Of a DNA stretch of 64,000 nt, positions 47,918 to 58,540 are shown in pieces. The DNA comes from Bilabrum cf. latius (lineage: Eukaryota): the NCBI GenBank assembly GCA_965178125.1, contig OZ237740.1, forward strand, positions 1,054,001 to 1,118,000. Reading direction: 5' to 3'. Position numbers and translations under genes: made by a program. The notes beneath the pieces were generated by a model. It saw only the letters and a list, made by a program, of their open reading frames with translations, did no database searches and had not been told where the DNA came from. The stretch's first letter is position 1. Each line of letters opens with the position of its first letter.

Positions 47918-49566
47918 ATGTTGTCAATACTCGGTGCAATCACTGCAATAATCACGTCGCGTCAAGCTATGGCGTTCAATGACGGAGAGCCCATTCCGCC
48001 AGTTTATGGTGAGCAGGCGTACTGCAACTGCAGGGGAGCGCAGCGAAGCATCTCTCACAGGTCCCCTTACGTGCATGTATTGAATGCAACGCAGGTATCA
48101 ACTCCTACGATGCAACGAACGGCGCGTACAACGAGAGCCAGGTCATTGCGGCAGCAGAGTACCTCGTGGCACATCAATCTTTATCGCCGCGGTATCTGCA
48201 GATCGTGATAGACGGCGGTTGGTACAACGGCTGCAGCGAGAACGAGGCAAACGCTTGCATCGATGAGTTTGGCCGCCCGAAGCCGAACCCAGATATGTAC
48301 CCAAGCTCCCAGGGAGGGGAGGGCTTTGCCCCGCTGGTGCGCCGCCTCAAGTCGATCGACGAGAGGCTCAACCTGGGGGTGTGGATGATCCGGGGCATCC
48401 CGCGAGCAGCGGTCGACAACAACCTTCCCATCCACGGCAGCAAGTACTCGGCTAGCGATGCGTTCACCCTGCAGACGAACTGCTCGTGGAACAAGCTCAC
48501 CTACGGCGTGGACGCGTCCCACCCCGCCAGCGCCGACTACTACCGCTCCCTGCACGACCTCCTCGCCGGCTGGGGCGTCAACTACCTCAAGATGGACTGT
48601 ATGTGGCCCTCCCCCGGGCTAGTATCCGAGGGCACGCTGTTCCAGCCCGAGCTGCAGCTGTTCGGGGGCCAGTTCCAGCAGGCCTCTAGGAGCTCTGGGC
48701 ACCACGTCACCGTGTCGCTCTCCCCCGGGGAAACAGTAAATCCTGTCAACGGGAGCTGGGTGGCCGCCTAGGGGTTTGCGAAGCTGTACAGGGTGACGCA
48801 GGACCTTTGGGACGTCTGGCGCACCACCAAGCCGAACATCTACCCCACCTCTGTGGTGCAGAAGCTGAACGTGGCGCGCGATTTCGCCAAGGCTGGCCTG
48901 ATCGGCGCCAACGGGTCCTTCCCAGACCTCGACATGATGCCCATCGGCAGGCTGGGGTCCCACGGCAAGCCCAGCGGGGGCAGGGAGGGCCCGGCGGGCT
49001 GCACGCACCTGACGCTGACGCAGCAGCGGTTCGCCATGGCCCTGTGGAGCATGGCTCGGGCTCCCCTGATGATCGGAGCGTACTTTCCCCTGCAGCCAGA
49101 GGAGTACGAGTGCGACGCCGTGGCGCTCGAGCTCATCACCAACGATGTGCTGCGCAAGGCGCACGGGCTCGGCGTCAATCCTCAGGAGGTCAACCGGTCC
49201 GCGCCGCTGCACTCGTCACACAGCGGGCTCGGCGAGGACCCGGAAGAGGCTCCCCCCGTGACTGCCACCTGGGCGTCCAAGGCCTGGGACGAGGGGCAGA
49301 AGAAGGTGCTGGACGATGCGTTCGTGTCGGTGTTCAACTCGGGGACGGAGACGGCGATCGTAGACGTCACGCTGCAGGAGCTGGGGCTGGGGTCGTCTGA
49401 CGCGGGGGGCCAGAGCGATAGCGAGTGCTGGTGCACCCAGGACGCGTGGGACAGCAAGGTGACGCATTCGAGCGGCAGAGTGACGAAGACCTCGCCCCTC
49501 CGTGTGACGGTCGGGCCCGAGGACGTCTATACTGCGTTCGTGAAGTCGGGGTGCACGTGCGGCTGA
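47918..49566 (+). CDS. GH27 alpha-galactosidase-like secreted glycoside hydrolase; intron 48009-48094
   Basis: Signal peptide, PPVYG|INSYDA, IVIDGGWY, WGVNYLKMDC (nucleophile), SLSPG, YRVTQDLWD and FPDLDMMPIG. TAG at 48769; ends TGA. Confidence 0.92.
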
Positions 49567-49875
49567 GTGCATCATGATTCATGATGGTGCTGCGTGGGAT
49601 GGTTTGGACGAGGCCAAGTCTCTCTCATGACGGAGACAATCTTGATTTTCGAGCAACCTCTCTCGTTCCCGAGGCCAGGGCTAATACCGCATATTCCCCC
49701 CTCAAAGACTGCACGCCACAATCCGCCACACAGACTACGACTTCATTTATTGGATTGCTGGTCTTCGTTTTCCAAGTTAGCTCATTTGAGCAGACAAATT
49801 CAAAGATAAGCGTGTAAATACTGCTGTCAGCCAGGCAATCTTTCACGATACGCTAGCGTTTGCATTTGGACCGGC

Positions 49876-52248
49876 ATGGATCCCCGATATGATCTCAAGA
49901 GGCGTCGCGGCGAGGACGAGCCCGCAGATTCTGCAAGGCAGGGAGCACCGCTGCAAGCCAGTGGTATAGACCGCAAGCGAAGACACACGTCGCGCGACCC
50001 CAGCCTGAGCACGCTGTCTGGACTGGAGGCTGCGCTTCGAGAATTTGTCCTATCTCAGTCGCACTATGGACAAACAGTGCGCAAGACGGCGATTGCCATC
50101 CTTCCAAGCGCTCGCGATGGGGCTCCGTAGCCTATTGGAGAGGTCATCGCCGGCCTAGCTAGGGTAGGCGTGCCTGTCAACCAGGATGATGCAGCTCGGC
50201 TCGCCCTCCTGCTCGCTGCAGACAGCGGGACAATCACGCTCAAAAGACTTACGGCCAGCCTCTCGGCTATTTCTGCATCCACGGATGCGCAAGCCAGCTG
50301 GCCCGAGACCCGAGAATCGGCAGCGGCGTTGGCTGGGGCAGCCCCTTCTTCTGGCTCCGGTGCCGCTCGCAGCGCGCAGGAGGGGTTCCCGCAGAGCCGC
50401 GACGCTTCGGGGTAGGGGGCCAACGAGCCGTTTTCCTCCGACGCGGGGTTGCCCGAGTTTGGATCGCCGTCAAGAAAAGGCGGCTCGTCCGAAGGCGGCC
50501 GGGGCGAAGAGGCGCAGGGGCCTGGCAGCCCGCCTCGGGGCGCCGCGGAGGTCGCCCTCGCTGCGGAACTTCGAGCCAAGGAGGCCCTACGTGAGATCAA
50601 GGAGGCGAGGAGACAGGCAGAAGAGGGTTTCTAGGGCGATGAGGGCTTCGGGTATGACCCTGCGTCTGCCTAGCGCGGCAAGCGGCAGCGCAGGAGGAGG
50701 AGGAGGGTGGCCGGAGCAGGGGGGCAAGCGGCGGGGGAAGTGCCCCCGGGCGCTGGCATCGGCGCGGCGCCGGATGGTTCCGCAGGCCGTGCCCCTATCT
50801 CGAGCGGGCTGCTGCACAAGCGGCGGGCCGCTGACGTGGACAAACTCGCAGCGGAAGACGCGGCCAGCGGCTCCGATGGGGGCGCCTGGACCGACGGGGA
50901 TGAGGGCCACAGCAGCGGCGCGGACCTCCCGTTCGGGGGCGGTGCTCCCACCATGATGCGGCAGACTTCCGAGGATGAGGTGGTGGAGTCGCTGCGGCAG
51001 CGCAGGAGAGTGCAGGGCGACGCTGACGTGGGCGCAGTGACGTCACGGGTGCGGACGCGCAGGGCGCAGCGGTACGTGGATGCGTTCGACGGTCATGCGG
51101 CGGCGCAGCAGCAGGGCACCGGAGACGGCAGCGGCGCACTCCCAGCGGGACCTGCCTCTGGTGCGAGTGCAGGGGGGGATGCCGCCGGGCACGGCCGGCG
51201 ACTTGTTCCTCCGGGACGCCGCCGCAGGGCCGCGGATGGAGCGGACGCCCGGATGAAGGCATCCAGGGCCTCCCACGGGCACGGGCCAGCAGCGGCAGCG
51301 ACAGCCGCTGTCGCTGGCAGACCCTAGTCCGAGCAGCAGTCGCGTTCGTCGGCGGGCCGGCCTCCGAGGGCGCGCCGCCCCGTGGGAGGCCGCAAGCTCT
51401 CGGCCGAGGCGGTGCATGCACTCCTGGGGGCCAGGCACCTGGGCGTCGAGGCGGCAACGAGGGCCGCCGCAGAGGCAGAGGTCGCCGCGCAATTGGGCGG
51501 TTCCGCAACCCGACCGACATCTGCGGGTGCCGGCAGCCGCCCTCCGTCCGGCGCTTCCTCCGGCGCGGAGACCAGCGGAGCCGAGGGGGAGGGCGGCGCC
51601 ACAGGCTCGTCCTCGGCGGGGTGGTCCGCCACTGGGCTGGACGCCGCGGGGGCCTTCCGTGTGGTTGCAACCGGCCTGCTTGCGCTGGGCGAGCTGCTGC
51701 GGGAGGGCCGGCTGGGCCTTCCCGAGAGGGTGGCTGTGAAGGAGCTGCTGTTCTCTGGAGAAGAGAACGTGGTGGCGCTGGTGCTCCGGTTCCTGCAGAC
51801 GGCCGCTCTGCGATAGGCCCAGAGCGCAAGGGCGGGCGTGCGGCAGGCCAGGGATGCGGCGGGCCGCACGGCGGAGGAGAATGCGCTGCTGGACGTGCTC
51901 GAGAGAGTCGCGCAGCTGGCTGCCCGTGAGCGCGCGGTGCCGGTGCAGAGCGACCCGAGTGCGGCCCTCCGCGGTGTGATGCCAGAGGACGACGCCGAGG
52001 ACGAGGAGGGGGCGGGGGCCGGGGGCACGGAGCTGAGGCCCTCGGAGGCGCGGCGATTCGAGTCTAGCGAGGCGGTAGAGGTTGATTTCGAGGTGAGCAT
52101 GGCCCCTCCCTCCCCCGATCTGAGAGGGCAGGCCGATCCGGGAGGCCCGCCAGGTGGCAGTGGCAGCCGGTGGGGGTCGTCGGGTGGTGGGGCCACGATT
52201 GGGCAGGGCGGCCAGTCTGGGCCGGTGCGCCACTACTCTGAAGTGTGA
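49876..52248 (+). CDS. Hypothetical low-complexity protein (~790 aa)
   Basis: One frame across TAGs at 50128, 50413, 50632, 50671, 51325 and 51814; ends TGA 52246-52248. Basic NLS-like N-terminus. Confidence 0.65.
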
Positions 52249-52404
52249 CTGCAGGAGCTCTCAGAAAGTCTGGCTGCCCTCGGATTCTGCCATTGGGTTG
52301 CAAATCCGGTCGTGTCGTGGGTTGCGTGTACTTCGCCGCACATCTTTTTGCCGACACTGCAACTCCACTATCTAGCACCCGTTTGCGAATTAGGCTGGCA
52401 AAAA

Positions 52405-54375
52405 ATGGCAGCCGTAGATTCTATTGAGGATGCAATTGCTGCTATCAGGGACGGGAAGTTTGCGGTAGTCGTTGTGAGGCTGTCCCGAGGCAATACATCC
52501 GGCAGACTTCTGGAAGCAACTGTGTGACGGTGCCTTGCCGGCGACGTGTACAATCAGCTAGTTCTCAAATCAGCTACTCCTCGCAGGACGATTTTGATAG
52601 AGAGAACGAAGGCGACCTCATTCTGAGCGCGGAACGAATGACGACCGAGCGCATGGCTTTCATGGTGAGCAACAGTCAGAAGATGCGACAGGACTTGCTG
52701 CTGCCCTCAGGAAGGTACAATGACGCGCTTGCCGTTTAAGGTCGACTCTGCAGTTTGTATTTATCTGTGTATCAATTGCGTGCCGCAGATTCGCCACACA
52801 AGCGGTGTAATTTGCTCACCGATCACCCGGACGCGAGCAGAGGAGCTGAGGCTGCCGCTCATGGTTCCCGAAAATGAAGATACGCATCACACTGCCTTCA
52901 CAGTTACCGTTGATTTGCACCAGAGGCATGGAACGACAACGGGCATTTCAGCGGAGCAACGCGCAGCAACTGTTCGGGCGCTTGCCTCCGGGGCGATGGC
53001 CAGTGGTGACTTCTAGCGACCTGGCCACGTTTTCCCGTTACGATACTAGAATGGGGGTGTGCTAGTTCGCGGAGGTCACACAGAAGCATCTATTGATTTG
53101 GCAGTGGAGGCAGGAGCAGCCCCTGTGGGCTGCCTGTCGGAGATTGCGAACGACGACGGCACCATGGCCAGGATGGACGAGTGCGCCGAGCTGGCCCGCG
53201 CCCACGGCCTGCCACTCGTCAGCATCGCGGACCTTAGGAGGTACCGCATGCGCAGAGAAGGCCTGGTGCGGTTCATCAGAGGCGAGCATCGCTCGCCGGG
53301 GGCTCGTAAAGCTGCTGGTATCGAATCCGGGCTCGGCGTGGAGGATCCAGCCGGCCTAGGGCTGCTCGTCGGCAGAACGGCCGTCGGTACCGCGCGATAC
53401 ATGTTCCGCAGTGTGCACGACGGAGAGGGCATCGACGGGGAGCACGTGGTTGCCGTGGACGTGCCCGAGGGTTGGGGCGGCCCAGTGGCCGCCGCCACCG
53501 GCAAGGGGTCTGCGTCGGGATCTCCCACGTCCAACCGGGGTTGCGTGTCGGTGCTGGTCCTCCCCAGGGAACAAGCAGCGCCGGGGTCGCTCGCCTGGGA
53601 GGAGGCAACCTCAGTTGCGAGGCGAAAGGCCGCCAGCCGTGGCGACGCACTCGTCACACTGTCCCTGGGCGTGAGCGAGGTGCAGTCGCACCTCACCGGT
53701 GACGGAGCCAAGGCACCGCCCTCTGCGTACGGCGCGCGGGCCCCCGATGCGGTGCGGGCGGTGCTGGCAAGCGGGCGCCCCGCGGAGCTGGAGGAATCCA
53801 AGGACGGCGCCGAGGAACGTTCTTCGGTGTTCGCTGCTGGAGAGGAGGTGGGCATGGACCGTGCGAGCATGGCCGCGGGCCCCTCGGCCGTGGCAGCGCA
53901 ACTGCTTTGCGCCGTGCTCGCCTCGAGTGGCCTGGATCAGCTGGTTGCAACCGGAACCCATGGCAGTGGCGCGGGTACGGGCGTGGGTGCAAGCGGCGAC
54001 GTCGACGCCGCGGCAGGTGGTGCCGATACAGTGCCCGGGCTGGCGGCTCTGATTCGAGCCGCCGCGCCCCCCCTCGTCGCTCCCCTGCCAGCCAGCGGGG
54101 AGGCTGCTGGGGCTGCTGCCGGCGGAGCAGGTGCTTCTGCGAACGTCCGCCTGCTTGCCGTTCCCGGCATGCTCGTTCCTCGGCTTTGGGAGTGGGGAGT
54201 GCCTGTGGATGCGTGCGAATCGCTGGAGCTGGCAGCGGCAGCAGGTGTGCAAGAGGGTGCAGATGCAGAGAGGGGTATTGAATCGGCCGCGGATGCCAAG
54301 GTGGAGGAGCTGGTAGGAAGCAAGAGTACCTCTGCTGCTAGTTTATCCGGGTCTGGCGCGCAGACGTCGGTTTGA
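52405..54375 (+). CDS. ribB: 3,4-dihydroxy-2-butanone-4-phosphate synthase fused to a degenerate GTP cyclohydrolase II-like domain; exons 52405-52473, 52587-52664, 52789-54375
   Basis: SIEDAIAAIRDGKFAVVV|DDFDRENEGDLI, TAFTVTVD, TTTGISA and [30 protein letters not shown] (TAGs 53014 and 53047 inside the core). Ends TGA. Confidence 0.93.
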
Positions 54376-54598
54376 ATATTTGAACAGGGTTCCATTGGAG
54401 CACATGCAAGGTTTCTTTTTCAATTTTGTTCTCGATTTTTTTGTAATCCGGAGCCAAAAATGGTAGTGGATCTCGACGCCATGAAGAAACCGTTCTGGCC
54501 AGTTCTTCCAAACGTTCACATGTCCGTTGCAACCGGTGGTGGAAACCTAATCACATCTTCTGGGCAGGCACCCTTTCGAGTGAGACTGTAACATTGCA

Positions 54599-56589
54599 AT
54601 GGAGGTAGTATTGCCAGAATCGCGCTGTCAAGTCTGGAAATCGCAACGGTGCCATCCATGCCTTGCTTTGCATCGCAGGAGTGGCTGGCTGGAGTGCAGT
54701 CCGTAAAGCTTAAACCATTTGTAGATGATGCCGTGGAGCAGTCCTAGTCATTCGGTTTACGACGGTACACGGAATATCGGGTGACAGTACAGGGCAACCA
54801 AGGCTCCCAATCTTTCGACTTTTAGTGCCGCCGTCGATTCAGCGACTTCGAATACATGAGACAGTGCTTTGAGCTAAAGTTTCCAGGCATGCTGTTGCCA
54901 GCACTGCCGGGTAAAAAGGCCATAGGAAACATGGGCGATGGTTTCGTCTCCCAGCGAATGCGGGAGCTACAAATATTCTTGATCCGGTGCGGGAATAACC
55001 CGTTCATCAAATCCGATGGCCTGTTTTGGGCGTTCTTGTCATCTGGTAAGGCGGCTTGGGAGGCCCACCGAGCCGCAAGCAAGGACGTGTACCAGATCGA
55101 GTTTCAGGCAGGCCGGCTCGAGCAGTGCGCAGCCCAGGTCGTGGGCCCCATGGTGCCAGCTGCAGTGCCGCTGGAAGGTGCCGTCCGCTGGGTGCAGATG
55201 GTGAACAAGGTAGAAGCAGACCCCGCGATCGAGACCGTCATGGAGGGATCCCTCCGCATGGCTCAGGTCATGACCAAGCAGATGCAGGAGTTCGCATATG
55301 CAGGAAGAAGGATGGCAGAGCATGCAGCGGGGTTGGCTAAAGAGGCCAGCAAGTTCGTGGAGGCCTTCAAGGAGGTGGCCAAATCGGACGAGGGGCTCCG
55401 AGACGGCACGGCGTGGCCCTGCAAGCACGGCCCCCCTTTGGCGGACCTGAGCACCCAGTGCTCCAAGGGCTTTGAGGCCACGGTGCCGCTCCTCCACAGG
55501 CAGCGGCTCGCGCTGGACTCGTTGCTGGTGCAGTTCATCAGCTACGAGTACCACGCGTCGCAGGCCCTCGAGGCCCTCTTGACCAACAGGGCGAATCTCA
55601 AGGCACAGCTGGACAAGCTCAAGGCCGACGGGTCCCGCAAGCCTGCCGACCAGGCCAAGGTGGAGGCTTTGTCCACACAGCTAGCCTTCGTGAGCAAGGG
55701 TATCCGTTCCTATGAGCTGGACAGGTGGGTCAGGGACCGTCTCAAGTCCATGAGAGAGTGCATGGCCTCTGTGGGCCTGGCCATGGCACCCGTGGCAGAC
55801 ACCCAGACTCTCCTGTGGAGGCGCATCGGGGAGGCCGCCATCCCGGCGAGCATACGGGGCGACGAGGCCAAGCGAGGTAATGCCCTGCGGGAGGCCGAAG
55901 AGTTGAGCCGCAGTGCCATGCACGCAATGGCAAAGACGGTCATCCCGGACCTGGTGGGAGGTCCGAAGGGCACGCTGGATCAGCTCGATGACGGCCTCCG
56001 GGCCATGGACGCCCTGCCTTCGCTCCCTCCTGGGGTGATGCCGGGAGGCGCTGGGATCCATGCCCTGGAGGCTCCCGAGCCGGTGCTGCCTCTCCCCGCC
56101 CCATAGCCTGCAGCTGGGGGCGCGCACGGGGGTGCATCTGGTAGGGCTTCAAGTGGTGCTGGGCCCAGGCCGGGGGACCCCTTCGGAGCTGCGGCGGTGA
56201 GCGCCGGGGCAGGTGCGTCCAGCGGCGCCGCTCCCGGAGATCCGTTCGCGAGCAGCGCTGGGGCTGGGGCTGGGGCTGGGGCTGGCGCTGGAGGACCGCA
56301 AGCTGTCCCAGCCGCCCACCCTGGAGACCCTTTTGCCGTCGGCGCCGGCAGCAGTGCTGCCTCCGCTCCTGTCCCGGGTGCTGGGGCTGGTGCTGGTTCA
56401 GGTGCAGGTGCAGGTATTGGCAATCCGTTTGGAGGTGGCGCTAGTTCTCAGCCGGCGGCGCAGAGCCAGCCTGAAGGGGGTCACGGCGGAGAGGCCCCTC
56501 CACCGCCACCGCCGGCTGGAAAGCCGCCTGGCAGCAGCAGCCAGAGTAGTGGCGAGGGGGAAACGAATCCGTTTGCAGACTACGAGTGA
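54599..56589 (+). CDS. PX-BAR sorting nexin-like protein with a DPF/NPF-rich tail; probable intron 54605-54678 (5' exon uncertain)
   Basis: YTEYRVTV, F*CRRRFSDFEYMR, FPGMLLPALPGKK, FVSQRMRELQIFL and a helical BAR-like region. TAGs at 54745, 54823 and 56104; ends TGA. Confidence 0.85.
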
Positions 56590-56897
56590 TATGTCACGGT
56601 TGATCTGCTCCTAGTCAGGGCAGAACATAAATCCGTGCAGAGCCGCACGCAATTTGAAGGAACCACCGGCCAGCGAGCAGCCAATGACCGGAATCGGATC
56701 CATCGCGATGAGCGATCCCAACTCTCACGCATCTTGGGAGTCACTGCGGGAGCAAGAAACCAGCGGCGGCATTCAATTATATTTAGCCTGAGGGCTTCAT
56801 CATCCACCGCGGGCTATATCTTGCAGCAAACGCCAAAACTCTGGCGTGATCCCACACAATGCAGAACATGTCGGCCGGTGCTGCGTAGTTTCTAGCA

Positions 56898-58472
56898 ATG
56901 ATGGATGACAGCGACGACGATGAGATATTTGACAAAGAGACTGTTGTTCGGAAGGCAGAGCTGCGACCGCTGCTCCACTGTCCGCTGTGCAACAAGCCAT
57001 ATAGGAATGCAACTGTGGTCATCGAGTGCGGTCACACGTTTTGCAGAGGTTGCGTTGAGCCACACATCAGCGAAGACAAGACATGTCCTAAATGCAAAAC
57101 CCGAGTGAATGGCCTGGATCGTCTGCAGCAAGATATGGTGCTGCAAGGCTTGTCAGACAAATTTGCAGACGCTTGTTCGCGGCCGTTCACAGAATGTGAT
57201 CTCAGGCGAATAAAAGGTGGCGATTCTGCTGAATCAGACATGAATGGGGGGCATGGTATAGCAGCAACCAGTGGAGAGGCACCAGCGCAGACAGGCTCGT
57301 CGGCAGCGGGCGCGACGCCGCCAAAGAGACAGCTGCCGTGGGTGCCTCCTGAGGCTAAGGCCAGCGACCCTCTCCCCTACAACGTGCTGCCACCTTCATC
57401 TTAGGACCTAGACGAAGCAGTTCGAATCCTGTTATTGCCGACTGCCTTGAAACCGGGCCAATCAGAGATCGAGTGGCCGAGCAGCCCAGGGCCGCAGTTG
57501 CCTGGCAAGTCTGCCAGCGGGGCCGCCCCCTCGAGCGCCCCAGCCGGCGAGCACTCTGCCAGCAACACGCCCAGGTCTGACGAACAACGAGCTTTGGAAG
57601 CCTCCCGCGTGGGTTCCTTCGTGGCCGGGATGCAGCTCGCCAGGGCCTCCTCCTCCTCCTCCAAAAATGGCGACAGCACCGGTGCTGCCGAGGCCTACCG
57701 CTGGCCGGCCTGCGGGCCTCGGGGCAGGCCCGACAGGTGGATCGTCGTGCCCGTGTTCATGAAGGTTCGCTAGCTGCGGCGATACGTGGCCACGAAGACG
57801 GGCGTCCCGGAGGAGGCGGTGGTCCTGAGCGCCGGCGGCACGGTGCTCAGAGGCGAGGAGCACACGCTTCAGTTCGTGGCCCGGCTGGCAGCCTCCAAGG
57901 CCCGCATCCAGCTCGAACAGGCGACCGCAGGGGGCGGCGTCGACCACGAATCGGTGCAGGCCTCTGTCCTGCGAGCCTGCGCCCCGGAGGTCTCTGACCA
58001 GGAGCTCGTGCAGCCGGGGGCTCCCAGGCCAAAGGTGGAGGCCCTGTGCACTCGTCACTACGACGGGGGCGCGCTCAGGTCTCTCTCCGTGGAGTACTCG
58101 GTGCCGTAGCCGCCCCCCGGATCCAAACGGGTCGCCGCGCCCCCGCGACTGGCCTTGCAGGCGCAGGCGGCGGGTCGCGCGTTTGCCCCACCCCTCGCTG
58201 CGGCAGCGTTGGGTGGCGATCGTCGTGACGCCACAGTGGCATCGCGTGGGGCAGCGCCGAATGGGCATGGGCCACAGAAGCAACCCAGCGCATTTGCTAG
58301 CAGCAGCAGCAGCAGCAGCAGCCGTAGCAGTCTTGGTGGTGCCATGCAAGTGCCCATGGAGACAGAGGCAAATGACTCTCGCGTGCCAGAGGAGGAGCAA
58401 GCTGGTGCAGGCACTGCTTCCGCGGGACAGAGTGAGCCCCAAAGCACGACGTGGGCGACGCTACTGAAATGA
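56898..58472 (+). CDS. Polycomb-group RING finger (PCGF/BMI1-like: C3HC4 RING plus RAWUL-like domain)
   Basis: LHCPLCNKPYRNATVVIECGHTFCRGCV...CPKC...DMVLQGL; RAWUL-like MKVR*LRRYVATK...LRGEEHTLQFV. TAGs at 57402, 57771 and 58107; ends TGA. Confidence 0.8.
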
Positions 58473-58540
58473 AGACACAAGACACTTACAACCAGATCGC
58501 TTACAACCGCTCTAGAACAACAGGACTTGGGAAGACTGCC

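Noticed and set aside
49570-49586. Palindrome CATCATGA-T-TCATGATG sharing 12 nt with the tandem-unit junction at ~17540
   Set aside because: Short, with no flanking similarity; likely coincidence in a 3' UTR.
24278-53049. TAGs as 3' splice sites of tiny introns
   Set aside because: Conserved motifs run continuously through them with no missing or extra residues; the real introns here are 74-124 nt with GT donors (mostly GTGAG) and CAG acceptors.
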